The notes beneath the pieces are model-generated. The model was not told the DNA's origin. It saw only the letters and a program-made list of their open reading frames with translations, and made no database searches. Positions 52,776-64,000 of a stretch of DNA of 64,000 nt are shown one piece after another; the stretch's first letter is position 1; every line of letters begins with the position of its first letter. Origin of the DNA: Octopus vulgaris. Lineage: Eukaryota. The position numbers were made by a program, and so were the translations under genes. Location: NCBI GenBank assembly GCA_951406725.2, contig OX597814.1, positions 23,498,001 through 23,562,000 on the forward strand, written 5' to 3'.

Positions 52776-53059
52776 TAGTGGCAGACTGGGTCTAAAAATA
52801 TTGGTTGCCAGGAGACTAAGGGGGCCCACCGACAACTACAATGCTATCATTTAATCTTTTTTTCTTTTGTTAAATGTATTCTTTTCAACTGTCTACAAAC
52901 ACATCCAGGCTGAAATAATTAATGCATTCTTCCAGAAGTGAATAAATAATTCTCAAACTTGAGGGTACGGGCCCCTTAGTTACTAAAATGCACCCCTTCA
53001 TGGATTCTGATGGCACAGGAGCCCACTTGCCATCAGGCAACCTGGCCAGTCTGCCACTG
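52776..53059. mobile_element. hAT-type MITE
   Basis: 14-bp TIRs TAGTGGCAGACTGG / CCAGTCTGCCACTG; 8-bp TSD not convincing. Confidence 0.7.
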
Positions 53060-53380
53060 CCTGTATATCTTATGCTTATACTTTAACAAATTTCTTGAAC
53101 CAAGGAGAGAGAAAGCTTCTCTTTGGTCACTCAGCCTTCTAGAAATAAAAAAAAAATCTCTGAAATCTCAGCCTACTGCAGTAAAATGACAGGAAATACT
53201 GAGTAATGTAGTCTTAGTTAAACTCTACAAAAATATCTTTAAAAATGGAATGGTTCTGAATGGAACAACTTTGACCATATGTCTGCTGGCTTGAAACTGA
53301 TGGTAAGCTAAACAGCAATAACAGGTATGAGGGGATGAGATACTGGACATGATATTGAGTCCAACTCGCATCAGTTTTAA

Positions 53381-53599
53381 CCCTTTAGCTTTCAGGTTAT
53401 TCTGTCAAATGTAAAGCATATTTAATCATATTGCTTTGAATTAATTAGGCATTATCTCATAACGTTGAGATTTCAATGATGTGATTGTTTAATTTTTGAA
53501 TGATATTGTAGAGTAGGTGTGAGAAGTTGGATCTGACCAGTCTGAGTGTAAAGCAAGAAGAATATTTGGGCCAGGTATGGCTAATTTGATGCTAAAGGG
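53381..53599. mobile_element. piggyBac-type MITE
   Basis: TTAA|CCCTTTAGC...GCTAAAGGG|TTTA. Confidence 0.8.
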
Positions 53600-53814
53600 T
53601 TTATGCACTATGTCATTTGATAAATTCCATTGTCAGCTCTTTATGTCATTGCCAGAGGAAATGGAAATAAAAACAGCAAAGAAACCAGAAATTTAGTTGC
53701 TATTTCTACCAGGACTAGCAGCCATACAGTATGGTTGCTAGGCCTAGTAGAAATAGCAAATCTTACTCAAACCACAATCTGCTACCTTATGTAAAAATGA
53801 ATGATATGCACAAT

Positions 53815-54210
53815 GGGCATAGTTGTGGCTGCATAGCAAGAAGCTTGCTTCCCAACCACATGCTTCTAAGTTCAATCTGTGTGTGTAGCACCTTGGGCAA
53901 GTGTCTTCTACTATAGCCCCAGGATAACTAAAGGCTTCTATGTGGATTTGGTGGATGGAAACTGCAGGAAGCTTGTCATATACATATATAGATATGTATG
54001 TATGTGTGCTTTTGTGTTAGTTTTTCAGTACCACTTGACAACCAGAGTTGGTTTGTTTATGTCTCCATAACAGTATTTGGCAAGGTAGAATAAATACTAC
54101 ATTTGAAAAGAATAAGTACTAAGGGTTGATTTATTTTATTAAACCCTTCAAGGCGGTACTCCAGTATGACCACAGTCCAATGACTGAAAACAGTAAAAGA
54201 TAAAGATAAA
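53815..54210 (+). mobile_element. Diverged family A SINE
   Basis: Colinear with 12622-13089. Confidence 0.75.
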
Positions 54211-55142
54211 TAGATAGTTCTACATACCTCTAAAAGGACAGGGTGGTCTTGGCTGGAATGCTTAGCTAAACAACAACAACAATATAAAATCAGTAGGTTT
54301 TTGGAAATGGCTGAGTACTTCAAAATTCCCTTGTGATGCATTAATTATACTCATTTATGTTCTGAATTCAAACTTCAATAAGACCAATTTAATCATTCCT
54401 CCCTCTGCAAATGGTTGCTAAAACAAACACTAGTGGTCCTTCAAATATTTCTGTCCCACTCCAACAATGTGTGACCATTTTGTTGATAAGTGAAACTAAT
54501 ATAACTAAAAATAGATATTTCTGTGGTTACTTCACGATGGAGTGTTTCACTCTTAAAATGTTATCTTGTAAAATATTTTTACAACAATTATTGTTGAGGT
54601 TTGAATTCATAGGGCCAAAGAACAAAACCTTAATTAAAAACGTGATGGAACCATTTTTTATAGCTTAATCAGGTGGTGAGGCAGAGCGTATGATGTTTGC
54701 AGGCTTTCTGATAATTTAAAAATAAAAGAAACAATTATTTAGTTTGTCTTGTTATCTTTTATTCCTGCCTTTTAATCGATATAAAATGCATTAAGGTTTT
54801 GAGTAGAAATTTTTTCCTCAAACAAATAAAACTCATTACAAAAAAGAAAATAATAGTGTTGGCCTGACCATAAACATTGTGAAAGGGAATGATCAATAAA
54901 ATAAGCTCCAGTATGGTACTTATTTTACCAACTCTAAAAACAGGAAAAATAAATTTTTACAGGATTTGAACACAAAACATAAAAGGATTTAACTATATAT
55001 ATTGCAGCTCATTTTATCTACCATTTATCACCCTTCATAAAGCTTATAATAATAATAATAATAATAATTATTATTATTATTATTAATATTATTATTATTA
55101 ATATTATTATTATTATCATTATCATTATTATTATAATTATTG

Positions 55143-55479
55143 TGAAGGTGCATAGCTCAGTAGTTAGAGCATCGTGCTTACGATCATGAGGTTGTGAGTT
55201 CGATTCCTGGACCGGGCTGCACGTTGTGTTCTTGAGCAAGACGCTTTATTTCACATTGCTCCAGTTAACTCAGCTGTAGGAATGAGTTGTGACATCATTA
55301 GTGCCAAGCTGTATCGGCCTTTGCCTTTCCCTTGGATAACATCAGTGGTGTGGAGAGAGGAGGCTGGTATGCATGGGCTACTGCAGGCCTTCCATAAACA
55401 ACCTTGCCCAGACTTGTATCTCGGAGGGTAACTTTCTAGGTGCAATCCCATGGTCATTCATGACCGAAGGGATCTCCCC
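55143..55479 (+). mobile_element. tRNA-derived CORE-like SINE (family D) within a (TAA/TAT)n tract
   Basis: TAGCTCAGTAGTTAGAGCA A-box, GAGTTCGATTCC B-box, TTGTGTTCTTGAGCAAG core. Confidence 0.85.
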
Positions 55480-55511
55480 AATAATAATTATTATTGTTAT
55501 TATTATTAATA

Positions 55512-55561
<50 letters not shown>

Positions 55562-56116
55562 GAGTGAGAGAGCAGTGCATGCCATCAAAGTGACACTGGG
55601 GTAAAATATACAAAGCCCAGTATACTCATCATGACTACTCGTCTGATAAGGGTACACTAGGCATATGCATCACAATCATATGTGCGCAACATGGTGATCC
55701 CATATCAAGATAAACAGCACATGACCTTGCAGGTGGGGCCCAGTTAGAATTTTCTTCAGGTCGAGTAACCTATCCGCTCAAAAGGTCTCTGAATAAGGGT
55801 TGTTTAAGGATGTTGAACAAAACACCCATGTTTCCAGAGATGAATTATTCAAACCCCAAAGAAATCCCTTTCAACACATGGCTATGATGCTCCCCCACTA
55901 CTTCTGCTCATGATCAGAGATGCACATATCATCAGCCACAAAGGGACACGCTCAACTGGTTAAGGTCAAACAACTGACAAGCAAATCTGTGGTATAGAGC
56001 AGAATATTTGCTGTAGCCCATCTTTTATACCAAGACAAAACAATGTACATGATAACACTTCCGATCAGTTAAGATCAGAAGCCATGAGAACCACTGCCTG
56101 GTACTGCATCAGGGCA
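55562..56116. mobile_element. Non-coding ~555-bp insert within (TAT)n; probable non-autonomous partner of Dong-like LINEs
   Basis: Sharp boundaries in a trinucleotide tract, no ORF, no clear tRNA head; 69 bp of it recur inside the Dong-like copy at 57950. Confidence 0.55.
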
Positions 56117-56182
56117 TTATCATTATCATCATCATCATCATCATTATTATTATTATTATCATTATTATTATTATTGTTATTA

Positions 56183-56213
<31 letters not shown>

Positions 56214-56240
56214 TATTATTATTATCATTATTATTATTAT

Positions 56241-56842
56241 TCAGTAGTTTTATTTTTATAGCGTGCTTTCACTTCACTACCGAGCACAGCTCTGTGTGCC
56301 TTGGGTATGTGCTGTGATTTGTTGTGATGCTCTGATGGTTATTGTATGGAAAGTGTTCTGCGTAGGATGTGTGCAGTGCCTAGTAGTGCAATTTTCTGTA
56401 TGTTATATGTGTTTGTAAGTCCTGGTGTTTTTGTTATGTATTTGTCTGAATATTTTTTTATCATGCCTAATGCACCTACTATGATAGGAATTGTTTCTGT
56501 TTTCAGGTTCCACATTCTAGTTACCTCTATTTCCAGGTCTTTGTATTTTGAGAGTTTCTCCATTTCTTTTAGAGACACGTTGTCATCTGCCGGTATTGAT
56601 ACATCAATTAGAAAGCATTTTTTTTCTTCATGATCTCTGAAAACTATATCTGGTCTGTTGGCCTTAATTTCTCTATCTGTGTGTATCGGCATATCCCAGA
56701 GTATGCTTGCTTTCTCGTTTTCTGTGACCTTTTCTGGTGTGTGCCTATACCATCTTTTTTCTGTTGTTATTCCATAATGTTGGCATAGCTTCCAATGTAT
56801 GTAGGTTCCAACTCTGTCATGTCTGTGAATATATTCCTTCTT
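56241..56842 (-). mobile_element. Young 5'-truncated R4/Dong-clade LINE in (TAA)n; RLE frame intact (56339-56842)
   Basis: YIHRHDRVG...ILWDMPIHTDREIKANRPDIV...CFLIDVSIP...EKLSKYKDL...IVGALG...IQKIALLGTAHILRRTL; (TAA)n on both sides. Confidence 0.92.
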
Positions 56843-56843
56843 A

Positions 56844-56898
<55 letters not shown>

Positions 56899-56916
56899 CA
56901 TTATTATTATTATTAT

Positions 56917-57574
56917 CATAACCCATGGCCCCCTACCTGGGACGTAGTCAGTCCACCTGTGCATGCCTTCCTTCTTGTGACACTTGTGAAGACCTGTTGA
57001 GGCAAGTGAAAATCAAAACAAATAAAAATAGATGAACATCAATGGAATTTGTATCTTTGTGGTACCAGTGCCGGTGGCACACAAGAAAACCATCCGAACG
57101 TGGCCGTAGCCAGTACCGCATCGACTGGCCTTCGTGCTGTGGGCACGTAACAAACACCATCCGATTGTGGCCGTTTGCCAGCCTCATCTGGCACCTGTGT
57201 CGGTGGCAATTAAAAACACCATGCGAGCATGGCCGTCTGCCAGCCTCATCTGGCACCTGTGTCGGTGGCAATTAAAAACACCATGCGAGCATGGCCGTCT
57301 GCCAGCCTCGTCTGGCACCTGTGTCGGTGGCACATAAAAAACACCATCCGAGCGTGGCCGTTCGCCAGCCTTGTCTGGCACCTGTGTCGGTGGCACATAA
57401 AATCACCCACTGCACTCTTGGAGTGGTTGGCGTTAGGAAGGGCATCCAGCTGTAGAAACACTGCCAGATCTGACTGGCCTGGTGCAGCCTTCGGGCTCCC
57501 CAGACACCAGTTGAACCGTCCAACCCATGCTAGCATGGAAAGCGGACGTTAAATGATGATGATGATGATGATGA
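56917..57574 (+). mobile_element. RTE 3' UTR with ~62-bp tandem minisatellite and (GAT)n tail
   Basis: About 5 units of GGTGGCA..AAAAACACCAT.CGAGC.TGGCCGT..GCCAGCCTC.TCTGGCACCTGTGTC. Confidence 0.88.
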
Positions 57575-57585
57575 TTATTATTATT

Positions 57586-57764
57586 CTATGTTTGACTTTT
57601 GCTATATGTCTGTACAAGTTGGCTCCAAGTCTCACCCAGAGACCTCAAGAGACAACAGGTTGGAAGTTCTGTGCCATATATTTGGTTTTTTTTTTTTTTG
57701 GTGCTGTACTAGTGAATGTCTAATACATAAAAATAAAATAAAAAATAAAAAAATAAAATAAAAT

Positions 57765-57797
<33 letters not shown>

Positions 57798-58185
57798 AGT
57801 TTGTTTTAAACCTTGGGATTACATAGAGAGTATTTTGCGTAGGATATGAGCAGTTCCCATGAGCACTATCTTTTGAATTTCTGCCATTTTGGGGTTTCCT
57901 GGTATCTGAGTTAGGTAGCAATTAGTCCCTTTCGCTATCATTCCCAGGGTGCACATATCGTCAGCCACAAAGGGACACGCTCAACTGGTTAAGGTCAAAC
58001 AACTGACAAGCAAATCTGGTAGGTCTTGACAGATACGTTTATATCGATTGGGACAGTCATATCAATGAGGAGGCATGTTCTTTGTCTGAAGTCTTTCAAT
58101 ATGATGTCTGGCCTATTTGCATCTATCTTCCTGTCAGTTTGAATGGTGAAGTTCCAGAGGAGTGAGATGTGGTCATTTTCAAGCA
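57586..58185 (-). mobile_element. Second R4/Dong-like family 3' fragment with a foreign patch
   Basis: LLWNFTIQTDRKIDANRPDIILKD...CLLIDMTVP, LGMIAKG, LMGTAHILRKILSM*; 3' end abuts (TAA)n. Confidence 0.88.
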
Positions 58186-58526
58186 CCCTTTCCCAAATTT
58201 TCAGGCTTTGTGCCTATTGTAGAAAAGATTTATTATTTTTATTATTATTATTCAGGGGCCACACTAGGTTCCATAGTCAGTTTTGGCATGGTTTCTAAGC
58301 TGGATTCCCTTCCTAATGCCATCCACTTTGCTGAGTATACTGGATGCTTTTTATGTGGCACCATCACCAGTACCTTTTATATATTGTGTGTGTGCATGTG
58401 TGCATGTGTGTATACATATACATATATATGTAAGAATAATATAACATGAGATAGAGGATATCAAGCTTTAATTGTAGATCACAACATTTGTTTTGGCATC
58501 AGACCAGGTTGAAGTTGCTGAGTTTA

Positions 58527-59480
58527 TCTATTATATAAAATCCATACTGTCTGTCTGTGCATGTATCTTCTAGGATCTCAGGCATCCTCCATCTATTTGC
58601 GCTCAAATTTGATATGTAGATACCAACGGTATCAGGGCGTGTATAAGTCTTGAAAAAATTACAAAAATCGATTCCAGGTTACAATGCGATCGATAAAGCC
58701 ATGAGAAAGTGCATTTGTATGTGCCAGTACATCAGCTGTTGCGATGTACTTACTGGTACTTTAAACTCTTCAGTTGCATATTTGTGTGAATAAAATCGTT
58801 TTTTTTTGGAATAGAAAAAAAGTCTATTACTTCTTTTGCTGGTGTCTCAAATTTAGGTTAAATCAAAGGGGAGGCCTATGGGACGGTGGGACAAGTTGTT
58901 TTGAGAAAATTTGGTTTAAATGTTTGACAACTCAGCACCGTCCATTGGACGGGGGTGCGTTTTGCTTGTATTCATATACTTTTATACAAGATTGTTTTTT
59001 ATAACGGCTATATAGTTGAATATTTTTCTGCAACAGCTGTGTGTGGGCGCTCCATCGAGTGGAATACTATTGATCAAAGTTAGATTTTTCTGAAGCCTCT
59101 ATGCATATGATGTACATTACTTTCCACGAATCAAATTATCAGATTCTGAAGGACACAAGAACAAATACAAAAATAATATTACAATAATAGCACCAACAAC
59201 AATAATAGAGTAAAGGTAACCTTCGTGGTATTCATAGTAGTAAGTAAAAATGAAAAATATAATAGCAAATATAACCTTATTTGAGTGTTAGTTGTAATAA
59301 AAAGATAAAAATAAAACAAAACTGCGGGATGACTTTTATCAAGTAGAGGATGAAGTGTGTCAATGGGTTAAAACAAAATAAGTAAAATAAAATTTTGCAA
59401 GTGATTGGTTAGAATGCTGTGTCATCTGTTTATGACCCTGGCTATCTTTCTTGCGAAAAAAAGATGACATATTTGTTCTT
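58527..59480 (+). mobile_element. Probable non-autonomous Helitron lacking its 3' terminus
   Basis: A|TCTATTATATAAAA...TGTCTGTCTGT start like the other two Helitrons; no hairpin-CTAG end found; right boundary uncertain. Confidence 0.55.
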
Positions 59481-59568
59481 ATGTTTCCCAGAATCTGATA
59501 ATTTGATTGGCGGAAAGTAATGTACTTGATGCAATTACTGAGGTTTTTACCTGAATTATATTAAATAC

Positions 59569-59569
<1 letters not shown>

Positions 59570-59599
<30 letters not shown>

Positions 59600-59914
59600 T
59601 GTATGTATGTATGTATGTATGTGTGTGTGTGTGTGTGTATGTATGTATGCATGTATGTATATATATACGTATGTGTGTATGTATGTGCGTATGTATGTAT
59701 GCATGCATGTATGTATGTATATATGTGTGTATGTATGCATGCATGTATGTATGTATATATATGTGTGTATGTATGTATGTATGTGTCTATGTATGTATGT
59801 ATGCATGTATGCATATATGTATGTATGTATGTGTGTATGTATATATGTATGTGTGTGTATGTATATATATGTATGTGTTTGTATGTATATACATATATAT
59901 GTGTGTGTGTGTAT
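59570..59914. repeat. Compound (TATG)n/(TG)n/(TA)n microsatellite
   Basis: Seen directly. Confidence 0.97.
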
Positions 59915-60715
59915 CACCATCATCAAAATTTAAAATCCATTGTTCATGATGGCATGGGTTACACATACACTCCCATATACACACATAGTTCATAACATAT
60001 TTGTCTTCCAGAAATATTTGAATGCATCATATTCCTATTACATTCAAGGTGAATAAAGGAAACATTAATATCCTTACTATGGGCCATTACTATAATCACA
60101 GATTAAGCTCAGTTTAATTTCATCAGAGTTTATTTTCTTTTTCCATCTAAGAAGTATCAAGTATTTTACCTAACTGAAGAGAGAAAATGAACATGTAAAC
60201 TTTTGACATCATTTTCATTTCATTTCTGTTGAATCTTGAGACAGTGAATTATTTTATTTTCAACTTGATGCATTATAAGAATGAATGGATGAACCATTTT
60301 TCTTTCTGTAAACTAAATTTAGCTCAAATCTCATCTTTTAATGTAGGGACAGTTTTTGATGTCAGCATTACTCTTTTCATCTTAGAGCTGATAAGACAAA
60401 TTAGATTCACCATTTATTGCAGAACAAGATATATAAGCTGACATGGTTGTGTGATTGAAGACTTTGGTTCAACGATCATGTGGTTTGAAGTTCAATACTA
60501 CTGTAGTACCAGCCTTGGATTGATCGAAAACTTTTTAGAGGAATTTGGCAGACTGAAGCAATGTAGAATCTTGAGACATATTCATACATAGATACATACC
60601 TATGTATATGTATATCCTCCTCTTCTTCCTCCTCCTTCTCACCAACACCAACACCATGATGATGATGATGATGATGATCATCATCATCATCATCTTTTTA
60701 ATATTCATTTTTCTA

Positions 60716-60910
60716 AGGCAGCAAGCTGGCAGAAACGTTATCATGCTGGGAAAAATGCTTAGCAGTATTTCGTCTGTTTTTACATTCTGAGTTCAAATTC
60801 TACCAAAGTCGACTTTGCCTTTCATCCTTTCGGGGTCGATAAATTAAGTACCAGTTGTGTACTGGGGTCGATCTAAAAATTCCAGGCCTTGTGCCTAGTG
60901 TAGAAACGAA
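60716..60910 (+). mobile_element. Family B SINE variant with a different 3' tail
   Basis: Head and core as 21627, but ends AAAATTCCAGGCCTTGTGCCTAGTGTAGAAACGAA. Confidence 0.8.
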
Positions 60911-61365
60911 TATTCACTTTTCTATGCTTTTATGGGTGACAGAATTTTCTGAGGCAGCTTTTCTAGAGCCAGAAGCCTACCCTGTCACCAAATCTCACTT
61001 GCTTTCAAGGAAGCTAATATTTCCCTTGCCTTCACATGTTATCAATGAAAGTTGGAAGTGAATGATACAGCTTGCATAACTGAAATGCTTGTTGGTTTAC
61101 AGCAATCTTGTGATGTCTATACAAAGAGACACAAATACACACACACATGCATATATGGGCGTCATTCAGATGCCACCTTCCAAATTCACTTACATAGCTT
61201 TGGTTGGCCCAGGGTTATAGTAGAAGACCCTTACCCAAGGATCCATGAAGTCACTGAACTCAAAACTATATGGTCAGAAAACAATGTTCTTAACCACACA
61301 GGAATGCTAGTGCATGTGCATGTGTGTGTATTTGTGCACACTTATGTAATCAGCATTTGCCTTCC

Positions 61366-61777
61366 ATGACTGGTCCCGTGCCAGTGGTACTTAAAAGCAC
61401 CATTCGAGGGTAGTCATTGCCAGGGCTGCTTGACTGGTTTCCATGCTGGTAGCATGTAAAAAGCACCATTTGAACGTGGTAAATGCCAGTGCCTCCTGAC
61501 CGGTCCTGTGCCAGTGGTATGTAAAATGCCCCATTCAAGCGTGGTCGATGCCAGTATTGCCTGACTGACCCTGGTACATAAAAAGAACTCACTACACTCT
61601 CGGAGTGGTTGGCATTAGGAAGGGCATCCAGCTGTAGAAACTTTGCCAGATCAGATTGGAGCCTAGTGCAGCCTTCTGGCTTGCCAGCCCTCAGTCAAAC
61701 CTTCCAGCCATGCCAGCATAGAAAGCGGACGTTAAATGACGATGACGACGACGACGATGATGATGATGATGATGATG
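61366..61777 (+). mobile_element. RTE 3' UTR with tandem units and (GAT)n tail
   Basis: Shared tail motif and AAAAGCACCATT units. Confidence 0.85.
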
Positions 61778-63318
61778 TTCACATTGATTAAACACATCTA
61801 GATGGGTTGGTGGGCTACATCTCACTGTAAATGTAATTTTTAGAATTTGGCTTATACCGTCTGGTGTCCTTTCTGATACCAACCACTTTACAAAATAAAT
61901 TGGGTGAATCTTTCCATTGCATCAACATTACAGACATTGTTGATAGACTAAAGGTCTGACCAACCCTACAGAGTGTACAGAGTATACAGTGAGCATTTTA
62001 CTGGGGCTCAAGCACTGAGAGGATTGGGGTGAGAATGGTGGAGAGTAAGGTGAGGATAGATGATATTAGGGAACAAGGGATATCAATACAGCAGAGAAAG
62101 TGAGGAGTAGAAAAATTTGCCTCAGTAAAACTCTGTCTGATTCAAGCAAACATGGAAAAATGGATGTTCAAAATGATGATGAGGAAAAGGAAGATGGAGG
62201 GAAAGAGGTACAAGAGAGAGAAGAAACTTGAAAAGTAACTTAATTAAAGGGGGGCCAATGATTTGTTTATAATCATTTTGATTAGCTTGAAATCATTACT
62301 CTCTTCCATTAAATATGTTTTTTTCTTCTTCAGTTACAAATTAATCATTCATTCTTCAGTGTGTGTTGAGTAAATCAAGGAATTCCTGAGAAATTATAGA
62401 TTTCAGGAAAACTATAGAAATAAATAACTCTGTAACTTCCTCGATCATTAGGAACATTCTTATCAAGTTTGATGTGATGATATATTAACTAAGCGCTCAC
62501 ATTAGGCTCCCATTTCTCTTTGTTTTCTTGGTCTTTCAATGTTTCCCTTCTCTCATGTCAAGTTCTTTAAAGTCATAATGTATATTACAAAACTTATCAC
62601 ATAATTGTAGATGGTACGAGATGAGAAAAGCTGTCAGTAGATATAATTTTTATCATGTTGCTTCATCTATAAAGTTTATTTCGCTATTCCAGAGAGATAT
62701 TTATCAAACTGAAAGAGTTTTTCCAATACTTTTCTTAAAGTTGTATTCAACTTTATTTCTTCCTGCTTTGTTTTCTTGTATTTGCATCACTAACATTTCT
62801 TTTATTTGATCTTGTATTGTATTAGATTAGTTTATTGTGAAGCAAACCATATCGATTTAGACTATATGCTACTTAAGAATTTGTTTCAATGTGCCTTGGG
62901 TTGTAAAGTTTCTGTCTGTAACCAGAAACTCAGCAATTTTAAAATATTTTCATATTTTCAGACTTCTGTGTGAAGATGCAATATCATAAATAGTTTTAAC
63001 ATGAAAATATAAGAACTGTAGTTATATCATGCACTGGAGATTTGATCATGTCATATTAAATTTTATTGCATTGTCTCAATTTGGCACTGATTAAACAGCA
63101 TTTCAAAATCAATCCATGGGGAAGCCTTTATGATGGAATTCAGAATTTTGGTTCAAGACAGTTTAACAACTTCTGTTTCTTCATTCTTCATCTAAACTTT
63201 TGAGAAAAATTACATGGCACATTATAGGGTGTTTGAATTAATTTTCTGGTGTAGGTTCCTGTCTGTTCAGCTCCTGTCAAACCATCTAACCCATGCTAGT
63301 ATGGAAGGAGGGCATTAA

Positions 63319-63350
<32 letters not shown>

Positions 63351-63544
63351 ATTCCTGTTCTTTCCTTAGCGTTGCATCATACATTCATAATGCATGATTG
63401 TCTTTCACAGGGTTTCTAATTCTGGTAAGGGCAATACTTTTTGGAGGTTTCTAGTTTATGGAGGATTTTGTTAATAATCCTGCCTTAACACCTGCTTCTA
63501 AGAGAAGGTTTAGTGCTAATTCCTTTAACCATAAGCACCACATA

Positions 63545-63957
63545 CAAGTGAATAAATGCCTTTTTAATCTCAAAAACAAAATTGTTTGTCCTTTGGAAGA
63601 ATATAATGTAGCAATGTAAGGTCATAACAGGAGATTATAATATTATTACATAGGTTTTGGAAATGTAGATTACATTAACATTCCTATTCATTTGAGTTTA
63701 GAAGAAAATCTAATCCTATGAATCATGCTAAATGCATTTGGGATTTAAAAGACAGTAACATTAACTATGATATAAAGTGGTTCATTATTAGTTACGCACC
63801 ATCATACAATACTTGTAATTTTAAATGTGATCATTACTTTGAGGAAATGTATTACATAATTACTTCTAAATTACTATTATTAAACTGTAGCAGTAATTTT
63901 ACATTGAAATGTTCTCCTAAATATAGAAAAACATTTAAATATTTCAGTAATAAATAA
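63545..63957 (+). mobile_element. Penelope-like GIY-YIG endonuclease C-terminal remnant
   Basis: KIVCPLE, YYIG, AKCIWDLKDSNINYDIKWFIISYAPSYN...KCDHYFEEMYYII...LLNCSS...KC. Confidence 0.75.
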
Positions 63958-64000
63958 GCCCTTAATTATAATTACTTTTCCTATAATCCAATATGTATAA

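Noticed and set aside
55147-55215. tRNA-like sequences with A and B boxes (also 12622, 23424, 36206, 48871)
   Set aside because: No complete cloverleaf, and each continues into a SINE body, so they are SINE heads rather than tRNA genes
56060-56118. Possible HDV-like ribozyme at the end of the TAA-embedded non-coding element
   Set aside because: Only a short hairpin is evident; I could not build the nested double pseudoknot
57070-57405. Regularly spaced repeats resembling a CRISPR array (also 710-930)
   Set aside because: Units are contiguous tandem copies without unique spacers, lie in a eukaryotic LINE UTR, and there are no cas genes

Overview
AT-rich, repeat-saturated eukaryotic non-coding DNA. 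The SINE/LINE families and long (TA)n, (CATA)n, (TAA)n and (GAT)n tracts strongly resemble octopus (cephalopod) genomes; this is an inference, not a database result. I see no intact host protein-coding gene, at most one 45-nt candidate exon, and most ORF-track entries are microsatellite or repeat artefacts. The window is a layered transposon graveyard. DNA elements: a decayed autonomous Helitron, three non-autonomous Helitrons, a full-length mariner, a truncated Tc1, and piggyBac-, hAT- and mariner-type MITEs. Retroelements: RTE, CR1, R4/Dong- and HERO/NeSL-like LINE pieces, Penelope-like fragments and at least four tRNA-derived SINE types. Best leads: (i) a TSD-flanked 1.8-kb ORF1-only (HAL1-like) retroelement that shares its 3' tail with a local SINE family; (ii) several degenerate hammerhead-ribozyme cores, one with a non-standard strand order in a LINE 3' UTR and one in a retrozyme-like tandem repeat; (iii) recurrent fold-back insertions, a ~133-bp apparent target-site duplication, and a 69-bp templated patch inside a Dong-like element in a (TAA)n insertion hotspot.
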